A DNA stretch of 64,000 nucleotides from Chrysomallon squamiferum (taxonomy: Eukaryota > Animalia > Mollusca): NCBI GenBank assembly GCA_012295275.1, contig CM022677.1:2976001-3040000 (forward strand). The letters run 5' to 3'. The notes below the pieces were generated by a model. The model did no database searches. It was not told where the DNA came from and was given only the letters and a program-made list of their open reading frames with translations. The number at the start of each line of letters is the position of its first letter. Position 1 is the first letter of the stretch. Position numbers and translations under genes: made by a program. Below are positions 1 through 13,285 of the stretch, piece by piece.

Positions 1-916
1 ATATTTTATTGAAACAAAACCATGTTAAAATACTACATGATGAAAATCAGTAAGAAGTGATTTCAAGGAGAAAATAAATGAGGAATATGTAGAGATAAAA
101 ATAAAATGAAAGTGTAATATAAAAAAATGGGTATATGTAGAGATAAAAATAAAATAAAAATCTAATGTAACAAAAATGGGGTATATGTAGAGATAAAAAT
201 AAAAGTAGCTGATTTCAATTCAGGTTTAATGTGCAGTTTTAAAGCTGATTTTAAATATGCTAATGCAACATGCTAATTTAAATATGCTGACTAGAACTTC
301 ACAGTTTTATACAAGGAAATTTCAACTTTAAAATATAAATACGCCAATGGAAAATGCTAATGTGAATGTGCCAGTTAAAAGATGCTTATTTAAATATGCT
401 AATGTAAAAAATATTTTTATTCATTTAAATTCTGATATATATATAATCTAGAAATGATGAGCTTAAAATAATTCATAATTTGTAGAACATTCAGATCTTT
501 GATTCATAGGGTGTAAAATAAAATCTACAGTGAACTCATGATATTTCAAATCACTGTTTGTCAGATATAGCTAGCTGCAAGTTTTTCAGATGGGAAACAT
601 TTTTAACATGATTAATCAGGCTGCATCACAGTTTCAGCATTCCAAACTGATTTAAACTATGTGCTACTGTCTATTGCTACTTAATTATAAATGACTTACT
701 TATTTAAAAAAAGAAGAGTTGTGTTTTATACCTGTGGAATTTTCCAGTTGTGTTTCATGATGAATTTAAGTTCTACAGGGCTAAATGAGAAAGAAACAAT
801 TATTTCAAAATAAAACTCATGAAAAGTTCCTTCAGTAAAAACCATGTTCTGTTTTTGTTACCAGAAACTGGTGGCAGGAATATTTTCTTCTTTTTTTATT
901 TATTTTTTATTTTATC

Positions 917-919
<3 letters not shown>

Positions 920-964
<45 letters not shown>

Positions 965-975
965 TTTTTATTATG

Positions 976-1015
<40 letters not shown>
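920..1015. repeat. (TAT)n microsatellite
   Basis: Direct reading; explains the poly-Y ORF 819-1016. Confidence 0.95.
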
Positions 1016-1017
<2 letters not shown>

Positions 1018-1659
1018 TAACCAACCAGTTTTAAGTTTTAAAACTGTGATGAGCAATCATGTCTACAATACACATGATCAGCAGTTCACAACAGTTTCAT
1101 TAATAAACAAACCTAAATTAACTTTCTACATTTTTACACACACCAAGAAAATCTCATCCTTAATAAAAGATAAATATGATATTAATTATATTAATAAAAT
1201 TTGTTTCAGTAAATTTCTTACAGAAATCCTCGAAGAGGGTTTGCAGAAATGTATGGCTATAGAACTAGTGTTTGGTTTCACTGTTTTACTATTTGCAAAC
1301 ACAATGGATGCATAATGATTATTCATAACTGTACAGATTTTTTTAAAGAAATTTTTAAAAGTGTTTTTCAGTTATCAAGTTAGAAACTAAACCATATAGA
1401 AATCTCTAAGACACATCATTTTGAATAATTTTAGATTGATGATAATATAAAGGACATTAATCCAGAAAACAATGTTATATAGGTAGAGAAATATTAGATT
1501 ATATCTAAATCAAAATAATATCAAAAAATTTACTACTTACAGTTTTCATCTAACTTAATGTAGTTTCATTTAGCTAAATGTAATGCTTTGTATACATATA
1601 TAAATAAGATAATCTCAATCTTTTAAAATAAATTGTCATCATCATCATCAATCATTATG

Positions 1660-1691
<32 letters not shown>

Positions 1692-1824
1692 GAATAATAA
1701 TTATATTAATACTAAGCTGATAATATTTTTAATCTACTACATAGAGGACATGGTTTTATTTAGATCTGTGTATTTGCCTACATTTAATAAACTGAGTTAC
1801 ACTAAATGTTTGTCATCTAGGCAA

Positions 1825-2362
1825 GATAACTGTACAGTGAAATCCTGTGTCTAAATAACTGTACAGTGAAATCCTGTGTCTAAATAACAGTATAGTGAAA
1901 TACTGTGTCTAAATAACTGTATAGTGAAATACTGTGTCTAAATAACTGTATAGTGAAATCCTGTGTCTAAATAACTGTATAGTGAAATACTGTGTCTAAA
2001 TAACTGTATAGTGAAATCCTGTGTCTAAATAACTGTGTAGTGAAATACTGTGTCTAAATAACAGTGTAAAATACTGTGTCTAAATAACAGTGTAGTGTGA
2101 AATCCTGTGTCTAAATAACTGTATAGTGAAATACTGTGTCTAAATAACTGTATAGTGAAATACTGTGTCTAAATAACTGTATAGTGAAATACTGTGTGTC
2201 TAAATAACTGTGTAGTGAAATACTGTGTGTCTAAATAACTGTGTAGTGAAATACTGTGTCTAAATAACTGTGTAGTGAAATACTGTGTCTAAATAACTGT
2301 ATAGTGAAATACTGTGTCTAAATAACAGTGTAGTGAAATACTGTGTCTAAATAACAGTGTAA
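1825..2362. repeat. 29-bp minisatellite, about 18 copies
   Basis: Unit AAATAACTGTATAGTGAAATACTGTGTCT repeated head to tail with minor variants. Confidence 0.95.
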
Positions 2363-2589
2363 ATGTTGGTCACATAATTTTACACTGTGGATCTCATAAA
2401 AGCTTGCAGATTTATAACTGGGTTTGTTTGTTCTTGTGTATTTGTATTTTATTTATTACAAGTCACACACTTCTAAAATACATGTTTACACATTTCAGAC
2501 TTCTAAAATACATATTTACATTGATCTATTTTTGTAATGTTGTTTTTTTTCATTAATTTTATTTGTTTCTGCTTTCTGAGTTGTGAGAA

Positions 2590-2635
<46 letters not shown>

Positions 2636-4868
2636 GGCTTCCATATTCATTTTATTTATTGTGTGTTAAAAGTGATATATCTACCAGAGAAATTAATTCT
2701 GTAATATACTTTAAATTTGAACACAAAGATCTGTAGATTATTTTTTTTATTATTATTATTTTAAATTCTTTGCAAAGTTGTTAAATAATATTCCTATCTT
2801 CATCATTATACTAATTTAATCTCTGTCTTGTTTTAAAAATATTAATTAACAATAATTAATAATATGTCAAATATAATAAGAAAAAAAATGACATTTATGA
2901 GTGAAATAAATATAGATTGTAAAATAAGCTATAAATAATTGGTAAAACAGTAATAGTTAAATCTAATGTTTTGGTTTGTTTCATGCTATATATAGACTGC
3001 ATAGATTAAATATTTTTTTTAATTAAATTGTCTTTTCCTTTCTGTTTTTCTTTTGTTTTTTCAATTTTTTTTTTTGATTCACAATATTTTGAATTTAATT
3101 TTTTCATTTTTATATATATATTTCATTTTATTTATTTTATCATTATTTAATTTATTTTTCCTTACATATCCAAATGTGAGATATTTCATCATCATAGGTT
3201 ATTCCCCCATCCTGATTTGCCTGCCCCTGTTTTTTCTCACCATATTTTCATTCATAAAGCATTTTCACTGCATTTAATTGATTAAAAATGAACTTTTTTC
3301 TCTCCATTTTCATATGAATTCACTATGATTCCAGTTGTTTGCATTGCCTGTAGATATATATATATATATATATACACATTTCACTTAATTTCATTTAATT
3401 TTCATTATTATTTACAACCAATAGTTTTGAAATTTATGTTACATATTTTTATGATAACTTTAACAAAAAACAAAAAATAATTATAATAATAATAATAATG
3501 ATTGCTTGTGTCAAATATAATTATCTATAAGCCTGTAATGTTATGTATAATTCTGTTTCTTTTCTTTTTGTAATTTTTGTTTCAGATTTCTTGTATTTGC
3601 TTTTTACACTTGAATATTGGCTGTGATGCTGATAGCCTTACCTTGTTGCTGTAAACAGGCAGTTATCTGTATATAAAAATCTCAAAGCGTGTTTCAAATT
3701 TGTTGTGTTTTTATTTTTGTTACCTCACTGTTAACTAAACTGTGAGGATTGAAAAAGTTCTTCATTACAAGCTAACACTCAAATAACACTCAAACCAAAA
3801 CTCAAACCAAAACTCAAATAACAAACTCAAATAACACTCAAACCAAAACTCAAACCAAAAGCTGAAGCAAACAAGCCTCAAGTTGTGGGTCTGTGGCTGG
3901 CACACTTTAAATCAAACATCAAAAGTCAGCTAGAAGATAAAGCACGCAGTGCGGCATATACATTTTGTGTCATACATTGTGCATGTTTTATGTTTTATCT
4001 CTGTTATGTTTATTAGTGTGTGTGTATCTATGTAAGTATACATTGTATGTGTATTTATCTTTATATGTGTAAAACATTTTTATCTATTTAAGTAAACATT
4101 GTTGCTTCTCTGATTATATTTTTATTTTGTGTGTGTCTTTTTTCTTCTTTCAATTTGTTTGTTTATTCATTTGTTTGCATTAACAGAATAAATAAGTAAA
4201 TAATAATTAAATAATTAAACTTAATTTAACGTCTAAGACAGAAGTTTATAAAATATCTCAAGCAGAATAGTTGAGAATGCTAATGATCGCCAAAACAATA
4301 ATCTGTATTAGCTGTTAATAATAAATTTATAATAAACCTCAACACTGAACTACTTTGTACTATACTGATACTATACACATTAATTATATTATACACACAG
4401 ACATACACACATACATACAGCTAGGTGAATATATAGGTAGCTATACAGACAAAGAGATGACGAAACAATGTAAAATAGTTTTAAAATTTAAATGAAATAA
4501 TGACAGAAGAATTTTATTTGTTATCATATAAATATTTTATTACAGTTTTGTTCGATTACACTTGAATATGTACAAATATATTTTAAATACAACATTCTTT
4601 TAAATAAACTACTTTATAAAATAATAGAATTGTTTAGATGGAGAGAAAGAGAGAGAGATTAAATGACAAAACTGGGTGAAAATTTCAAAAGTAATTCATA
4701 ATGAATAAATAACATATTTAAAAACAAAAATAAAGTAAACAAATTAACTAAATTAATTACCTTACAATAAATAAATAACTGATTTTCTGTTTACTTATCA
4801 GAAAGAAATGTCTGGACTTTCAACTTCAAAACAGTTCAATGAAACTAAGTTAGCAGACAGGTTGAAGT

Positions 4869-5584
4869 TTACTTTTGACACCATGTAAATATTTTTATTT
4901 CATTGTACTCTCCCACGTACAATTTGTTGTCATCACAACAAACACACCAAGGTTCTGACAGTCCATCCTGGCGTGTGAGGATGTCATGTGTAATGTTACC
5001 ATCTCGTGAAAACTGAACAACACATTTTCTACTAAAATCACAAACAAAAAGATTCCCCTCCCTGTCACTTGTAACACCTGTCAAGTCTCTCAGTTTGTCT
5101 GAATCACGTGACTCCCATTTGACGTCACCTGATATTTACATTTGACACAACAGTCAGACATTGATCGTGAACTGTGAGACACGACGGACTGGGGATCAAA
5201 TCTGCTGAGATAGAATCAATGAGCTGACATCTGACTCTGATTTTCTTGTCAGCAAATCTTCCCCCAATTTTATCATTTTTTCGTTTTCCTCAATCAGATG
5301 TTTGTGTTCATTGAATAATTTGTCTATTTCTGAGTTTACAAAGTTCTGAGATTTTTCTATTTCTCTTATTAACCTGTCTTGTTCTTTGTGGACTGCGGCT
5401 GTGAAATCTGTGATTAGTGTGTTACCAATCCTTCTGACCTCTTCTGTGGTGTCCACGACGTTGATGTCGATGGCTTGGAGAAGTTGTTCAATCATATCAT
5501 CCATCTCTGTCTGAAGACTTTCTATAAAGGTTTTGAGACTTTCAGAAACAGAACTCTGAAGTGACATGTGATTTCCCTTTTGAG
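4869..5584 (-). pseudogene. TRIM-type coiled-coil plus NHL/beta-propeller gene fragment, internally deleted
   Basis: ORF 5196-5567 is a helical coiled coil like that following TRIM B-boxes. ORF 4869-5084 has NHL-like blades (GVTSDREGNLFVCD; GLSEPWCVCCDDNKLYVGE). A TTTACTTCAG acceptor precedes it near 5585. The two parts are out of frame and too close for a full propeller. Confidence 0.7.
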
Positions 5585-6668
5585 CTGAAGTAAATAAATA
5601 AATGAATAAATAAATAAATAATCAGTCAGTCAATTAATTAATTAAGATATGCCTACAATGTATTTGGCTGTTAGAAAAACATATATACATACACACTAGT
5701 TGTGTGAGTGAATGTGTGTACTGAAGGAAATTTTTGTATGTGGTATCTGAGGCATGGATACCGAGCGATAGACAGACAGACGTGAATGTGAAAGGATGAG
5801 TTGGTACAGACATGTTATCTGTGAGAAAGAGTTAATGTGTTTGTTGTCAGATAACTGCTGCATGTGAAAACAGTGTCCTTGTTTATGTATAAATAAATAC
5901 AAGTTCTAAGTGTTTTGATTGTTGTTTTGTTTTTAAAAAATGAATAGAAATAAAATGATATACAATTAGATATAAAAATACAATTAATAACTGGATTATT
6001 TTAAGGATTTATTCTTATATCTTGATTTTGAATTGTTGTTATTAACATTAAAAGATATTTGAAAAAAGCTGAAATTAATCAGGCTAAAACAATAATTTTA
6101 GCTCTATTAAAACCAATATCTTTTTTAAAAACAGATTTGCAGTAATTTTTATTTTAAAGAAAATGAAAATGAAACGATGTATGTATGTATATAATAATAA
6201 CAATAATAACAATAATAATTAATAATAATAATAAATTTTAAAAATGTATAATTAATTTGCTTCATTATGGCTTCATTATGAAAGTCTGAGACATCAAATG
6301 AAAGTGAAATGGTTCATAATACAAAATCTTAAAGGCATATGTCACTATAATTCATTACTGGAATGCATTGTTACAAAAATGGGGTTTAGTTTTGTCTTGA
6401 AATGCTATTATAATTATACTTCCTATTTAATAAACTTCAGTTTGATTAGTAACATTATGCAGAGTGATCTTGACTGCTCAAGATTTATATGTTGTATGAA
6501 AAATTCATTGTTTTTATTCAAGGGGCAAATCGAAAAAAAAAAGGGTTTTAAGCGAAATAGGAATTTTACAGTAATTAATTAAGTAATAATAATAAATCAA
6601 ATAAACCAACAAATAATGGAAACTTGTTGTTTAGAAACTGTTGAAATTAATATTAGAATATTTTGCTC

Positions 6669-6707
<39 letters not shown>

Positions 6708-6750
6708 GAATTAGCCGAATTCATCTAAAAGTAGTAAATAGAATTTAGCT

Positions 6751-6877
6751 GTCTTTTATGTATTTACAAACACGTTAAACAGAGTTATTTCCCTTAGACC
6801 ATTAATGTTATGCAATGTCGTCTATTAACAGTCTAAGGGAAATAACTCTATTTAACGGGTTTGTAAATAAAAAAGAC
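6751..6877. mobile_element. Short foldback (MITE-like) inverted repeat
   Basis: Arms of ~48 bp: ...TTTACAAACACGTTAAACAGAGTTATTTCCCTTAGAC and GTCTAAGGGAAATAACTCTATTTAACGGGTTTGTAAA..., around a ~30-bp loop. Confidence 0.7.
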
Positions 6878-8224
6878 GAGAGAGAGAGAGTCCGAATGCC
6901 ATTTTTGTTGATTAGTGTTCATTCTAGTGCTTTGATTGTTTGTTTTTGTAAAATCGAACAAAATGTATATATAAAAAATAATAATTAAATCAGATTATCT
7001 TTTGCTTGTTGACAACAAATAACGAAGATATTGATCAGTATATAAATAATAAAACTAAAAACAGACAAAGACTAGTCTTTATTTATTTATTTTTGTTTTA
7101 AAATATTTGAATGTGCCTTAACATTTTTAATGTTAACAAATTGAAAAATGTTCAGCATGATTTTCCATTTTGATTATTGTTTTTAGATAAGATGCAATGG
7201 GTTTGATTTTGTAGATGTCAGGATTTAAAACAGTTAAGAACAAATAATGTTTTTGTATTAAAAATATTTGTACTGCCACTCATTTATGTAACATGTCCTG
7301 GTTGTATTTTATTATTTTATATCTTTTATTATTTATATATGAATTTATTTATTTATTTATTTAATTTCATTTTTCCCCCTAGCTTTTTAATTGAACTAAT
7401 TCAATACAGATTATAAAATACTTGGAAGACATTTCCATTTGCACATATTTGAAATAATTTTTTGAATTTTTCCAACATGTGAAAGGCTAATTATAAACTA
7501 CTGAGAAAAATTACATTTATGTACATGTTTTCTCTTCTTTGATTTTTATCATTTTTAAATTATTATTTCCTATTTTTAAAGATTCCTTATTGAAATAATT
7601 CAATTATTCTTTCTAAAGTGGGAAAGTTAAATTATAAAAAACTGCTAGAAATGTCTAAACAGAAATATCTGAATATTTAAGTTTTATTATCTAGACAGGT
7701 TTTTAAGTAATTTCAACTTGAAGATCATCATGTTTCTTCTAATTAAAAATAACAAAGTCATGGTTAATGCAAATAAAATTTTAATTTAGTTAACAGTTTA
7801 CATTAGAAATATATTATTATAATATTTTTTATTTTTGTATTACTTTTTGGGGATAGTTATATAATATATTCTTATTACCCCTAATTACATAATTTAAATA
7901 TATTTACACAATGATTACCCCCTGAATTAAAGATTGTTTTCCCAACTTTTTTGTATAAAAAATTCTAATTACCCCTAATGACATAATTTTCAATTATATT
8001 TACATTTATTACCCCAAGCAAACCCCTGATTTTACCCTGATTTAAATAATATAAAGAAAAAATGTTGTTTTATTGTGTTTTTATAAAAAGTTCAAATACC
8101 TCTAATTACATAGTTTTAAATATATTTAGACTGATTAACCCCAACAAACCCTTGATTTACCCCTGATTTAAATAATATAAAAATTAGATTAAAAAAGTTA
8201 ACTATGACACAGATTTTAGCTTAT

Positions 8225-8429
8225 TTACAAAGATGGCATTCCATAGCAACGATGAATCTCCATTCTTCTTTCAGTGAGAAAGATTAGAATAACCAAGCAC
8301 ACATCAATGATAAAAACAGTGCAAGCTGCTATGAAGTACAATGTGTACACTGGATGTTCTCATCACATTGACAATGCAGTCTCTTGGAGATCACTGAGTT
8401 TTCGCAGCTTGAATCTGTTGTCATTTATC
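8225..8429 (-). pseudogene. Terminal exon relic with TM helix and KASH-like tail (IRAG/LRMP-like), internally deleted copy
   Basis: TTTTGTTGTAG acceptor. Reads ...VYTLYFIAACTVFIIDVCLVILIFLTERRMEIHRCYGMPSL* with upstream in-frame stops. Homologous to 44263-44620. Confidence 0.55.
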
Positions 8430-10029
8430 CTACAACAAAATTAATATTCATTAATTAACTAATCATAAAATAAAGTGCAAGTAGTATTTTTGTTGTCAGC
8501 TCTAACTGCATTTCACTGTCTTATCAAGAAGAATTTTAGTCCCAATTTGTATTTTTTCCATGCAATTTAAAATTAAAATAATTTATTAAAGGTTTTTACA
8601 TTCTTAATTTCAATCAGATTAATATTGTAAATTTCTTTCACCTGTATTAAATCTATCTTTTTTCTGAGATTAGAGATATTAAAAATAGCAAATTACAAAT
8701 TTATACAAGTTCACTGCTCTATTAGGCTGGCATGTACATTATTACAAGGTTTGTTGATGCATAAACCATTATTACATTGATTCTGTACTAGCAAAACTTA
8801 ACATATCAAGCAAATAGGTTTGCTTTATGAAACATTTATATAAAATTATCAGTATATAAAAATAAAATCATCAAAGAAGACAAACAGTGTAAATATTTAA
8901 ATTTAATTAATTGTTAATTTAATCTGAAAAAATCATGACAATTTTCTTATAATTTCTCAGAAGAAAAAAGATAAATGCAGTTGAACTCATTTGACTTCAG
9001 CATAAATACAAAATGAATTAGTACATTTAAATAGCTATATTGTTATTTCTAAAACTGATTAATAAACCCTGATATAATTAATAAGTAAAACCATTTTGAG
9101 AACAATGTAAAGTTAATGAAGAAATAAAATGTGGGAAGACAAAACAAAATCTGTTACTGACCAGTGAAAACATAATGTATACTATATCCTTTTACAATCC
9201 TTCTTGGGGCTTTTGTTTTTTGTTTTAAAGAAAAATCCTAGTGAAAACATTAAATTATCTCTCAAAATGCTCTTGTATATATTACATGCAAATAGTAATA
9301 AATACAAAATAAAGACATTTTTTGAACGCAAAGTGCAAAAGTAAAAATTAAAATAAATGTGTAAAAAGAAAAAAAAGAGAAAAATGAATTCATGGACCAT
9401 ATAACAGAAAATTAATTAAGTTGCTGAATGTTACTTATATAAAGTGAATAAAACATTTTTTACTGTAATGTTGGATATTGTATATAATGATTTTTGGGGG
9501 GTTCTGTTGTAAACAGTTAGAATTTAAAAATCCTTTCTGACTGAAATAATTTTAAGAAGTTAAAAATAAAATTACAATATTATAACTGTTTAGATTATAT
9601 TATCATTATGTTTTAGCTTAATACAACATTAGTAAGGATTTATAATGTTTGTATGCTTAACTTTTATGATTGCATATGTGGTCAGATTAGAAATTAATAA
9701 GAAGAATCAGAAATTATCCATGAAAATGACTTGCCGTAATTATTTCTTACTTTCTGAGTGTAATATTGTAAAACTGTTAGTTACTCAAGGCTGTTAAAGA
9801 AAACATTTTGAAGTAAGAATAACATCCAAATATGACTTAAAAAAAAATGAATTAAGACTATTCCAAGTTTCAGTTTGTAAGTTACCTATTAATAAGAAAA
9901 CTGAATTTCAACTATTCAGATTTTCAGTTTGTAAGTTCCCTATTAATAAGAAAACAGAATTTAAACTTCAATATTTAAAATCTGAATTTGAACCAAGTGA
10001 AAAATGTGAATTACTACTGTTCCTCTCAC

Positions 10030-10121
10030 TTTTCTGCCAGCAGCTTAGTACTCTTCATCAATGTAATCATGAAGCTTATCTAATCCAAAAACTGTGATCT
10101 TCACCTGATTCGTGGTTTGTA
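10030..10121 (-). pseudogene. EGFR: EGFR-family kinase exon relic (DFG/activation-loop segment)
   Basis: AG..GT bounded; reads (V)QTTNQVKITVFGLDKLHDYIDEEY*AAGRK vs EGFR [31 protein letters not shown]. DFG is changed to VFG and there is an internal stop. Not in the ORF track. Confidence 0.85.
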
Positions 10122-10179
10122 CTGTACAAAGACAAAAAATTAAAATAAACATGTCAAAATTTTATTCACAATTTCAGTG

Positions 10180-10220
<41 letters not shown>

Positions 10221-10280
10221 CATTATTACTATTATTATTACTGTTATAATTATTATTGTTGTTATTATTATTGTTGTTAT

Positions 10281-10321
<41 letters not shown>

Positions 10322-10589
10322 TTTCTTATTATTTTATTATTGCATAAAATTGTTATATGTACTGTTATTTGAAATCTTGAAAATGTATTTACTTACTTAT
10401 TTATTTATTGTTTTGTAAAGCTACTAACAAAGATTCTAATTAACCTTTAAAAGAAAATAAACGTATTTTTAAATAGAGGAAGAAAAAAGAAACTACTTTC
10501 TATTGGATCTAGAAAACTACACCAATTTAAAAAACAAAACAAAAAAAAAAACATCGGCAAACAAATGAAAAAAAAAACAAAAACATCTA

Positions 10590-11058
<469 letters not shown>

Positions 11059-11074
11059 ATTTGACAACACTCAC

Positions 11075-11350
11075 ACTGGCTATCTGAGTACATCAGTTGA
11101 GGAGGACTTTAGATCCAATGAGGTCTTTGTTTTTTCTCACGAGAACACAGCCAAGTGACATCAGCTGAGTGATCAACATCATCTGTGCCGTCATGCACAC
11201 TGCGAGGATTCTGACACAGCAAGGATGCTTCACTGATGGCATCACCCATGCCTCCTCCAACAGCTCCTTGATCTGGTTAGGAGCCCCAGCCTGTAACTCT
11301 TTAATAGCTACTGGAATCTTGACATTTTCTCCTTCTGGTATCCAGTATCC
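11075..11350 (-). pseudogene. EGFR: EGFR-family kinase N-lobe exon relic
   Basis: 276-nt phase 0-0 exon (CAG acceptor, GTGAGT donor): GYWIPEGENVKIPVAIKELQ...LLEEAWVMPSVKHP...LITQLM...IGSKVLLN*CTQIAS. Matches EGFR GLWIPEGEKVKIPVAIKEL...LLNWCVQIAK, with the conserved W changed to TGA. Confidence 0.92.
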
Positions 11351-11680
11351 CTGGTTAATAGTAACAATAGTAATAACAACAACAACAATAATAAAACAGT
11401 AATGATAATAATAATAATGACAGTACATTCACCAGTGTGTCCAGTTCACCACTGATTTAACACTAACAGCAAACACACTGCAGCACTGAGTCAATGAGAA
11501 GTTGTAAATGAGTTGAATTGTGACCACCACCCTGTACTCACAAATTACTATAACTAGAAAACCTTCTCCATCAACTCAGTATTTACATCCAAATGAAATT
11601 TCACCAAAGCAGACTGGGAAGGATTCTACAAAGAATGGAAAAAATATTAGAATAAAAAAACCCAAAACTAATGACTCACA

Positions 11681-11975
11681 CTGCACTTCACTTACAACAT
11701 GATAGACTCAGCTGTCACTGAACACAAAACTAAAACCAAAAACTGCACTTCACTTACAACATGATAGACTCAGCTGTCACTGAACACAAAACTAAAACCA
11801 AAAACTGCACTTCACTTACAACATGATAGACTCAGCTGTCACTGAACACAAAACTAAAACCAAAAACTGCACTTCACTTACAACATGCTAGACTTCACTT
11901 ACTGCACAAAACTAAAACAAAACATGATAGACTCAGCTGTCACTGAACACAAAACTAAAACCAAAAACTGCACTA
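11681..11975. repeat. 62-bp minisatellite, about 4.5 copies
   Basis: Unit CTGCACTTCACTTACAACATGATAGACTCAGCTGTCACTGAACACAAAACTAAAACCAAAAA. Confidence 0.93.
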
Positions 11976-13285
11976 ACAAAATATCCACTGAGTGGTGAAC
12001 TGAGCTTATTGGAAATAAATAAATACAGAAGACAATACAAAAAAATCTAAACAAAATCTAAACAAAAATCAAACTACACTTGAAAAATACAAAACAGTCA
12101 AAAACATTAGTAATAATACTTGGTCTTTTTAATGCAACTTGGTAAACAGGAAAGATATCAACAGACTGGAAACCTGCATAAACCTTACAAATACCATTCA
12201 CTACCAATCAACTGCAGACCAGTTACACTAACATCACACATGTAAAACCCTTGACACACTGGTAAAACACACACCTGAACAAACACTTAAACAAAAACAA
12301 TTTAACAAGTAAATAACAAAACACTACAACAGTTTACTAAATTCCATTCAGTAAATAAAAAATTAAAAAAGTAATTACAGTAGTCATAGATTTCTAAACA
12401 ACCAAATACAAACATACTAAACAACTTGAATGACTGCCTTTAAACTGAGAGATAAAGATTTCACTTAGACAGCATGCTTCCTCTCTAATAAAGTAAAATA
12501 AAAAAGAAAGGTAACAGCAAAATAACACTACAAATAGATAACCATTTAATAACAAAGAAAAACATTCAAATTTCACATACGACAGCCAACTTTGGATGCC
12601 ACATACAGAAGATAATCCCATACAGAAAATAATCACATCTTGTAAAAACTTTTACCAAACATCACACTGCCTGACAGTCTCGTGTTAGAATAAAACTTAC
12701 AACAAAATACAGACAAAAACTACACACACTAAAATACTGTGTTAAAAGAGTAACAATATCAATAACTTTAAAACTTAAAAACTAAGTAAGAATATAAATG
12801 TATGCATGGTTATTTGAATTAGTGTACTGTTTTAAGCACCTTTCCTATAAAGTATAATTTAATGTTTGTTTTAATTTATCTCCAGATACAGAAGTGAAGT
12901 AAAGGTTGGGGTGTTTAATCTTTGCTTTACAACAAACATGTATACATATTAAATTATATACGTACATCAACATGTATATTCATCTATACATAAATCAAAA
13001 TATCTATACATCGTTATACAGGTATATATAAAACCCACAAATATACCAATCTATTCATTCAAATAACTATGTAGTATTAAAAATAAAACAAATTCATTAA
13101 AATATGACACAGTGGCAGTATGATCAAATTTTGCATAATAAAAAGAATGTTCTCAGTACCAAGGAGGGGAACAAATATTAATGAGCAGTTAGAAAGAAAA
13201 AAAGTAGATTTATCAATAGTTATAATTTATTTGGTTGTGCATGTGCTCTTGAAGAATCTTGTGTGTGAAGTCACAATCAACTTAC

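Larger units (their letters stand above)
5700..8620 (+). repeat. Older direct segmental copy of ~57470-60400 (part also inverted at ~17370-18900)
   Basis: Shared blocks such as GTTATCTGTGAGAAAGAGTTAATGTGTTTG (5815 vs 57571), AAGGCATATGTCACTATAATT (6332 vs 58063) and GACATTTCCATTTGCACAT (7428 vs 59453). It is visibly more diverged than the large inverted pair. Confidence 0.85.

Noticed and set aside
6298-6582. Similar ORFs at 6298, 17998 and 58089 (LECIVTK.GFSFVLKCYYNY...) suggesting a small protein family
   Set aside because: Similarity follows from DNA duplication. The ends differ, two run into (AG)n, and there is no recognisable domain.
11093-11095. TGA at the conserved EGFR Trp as a sign of an alternative genetic code or readthrough
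   Set aside because: TGG is used for Trp in the same exon, and the neighbouring exon has a TAA stop and a mutated DFG, so ordinary decay explains it.
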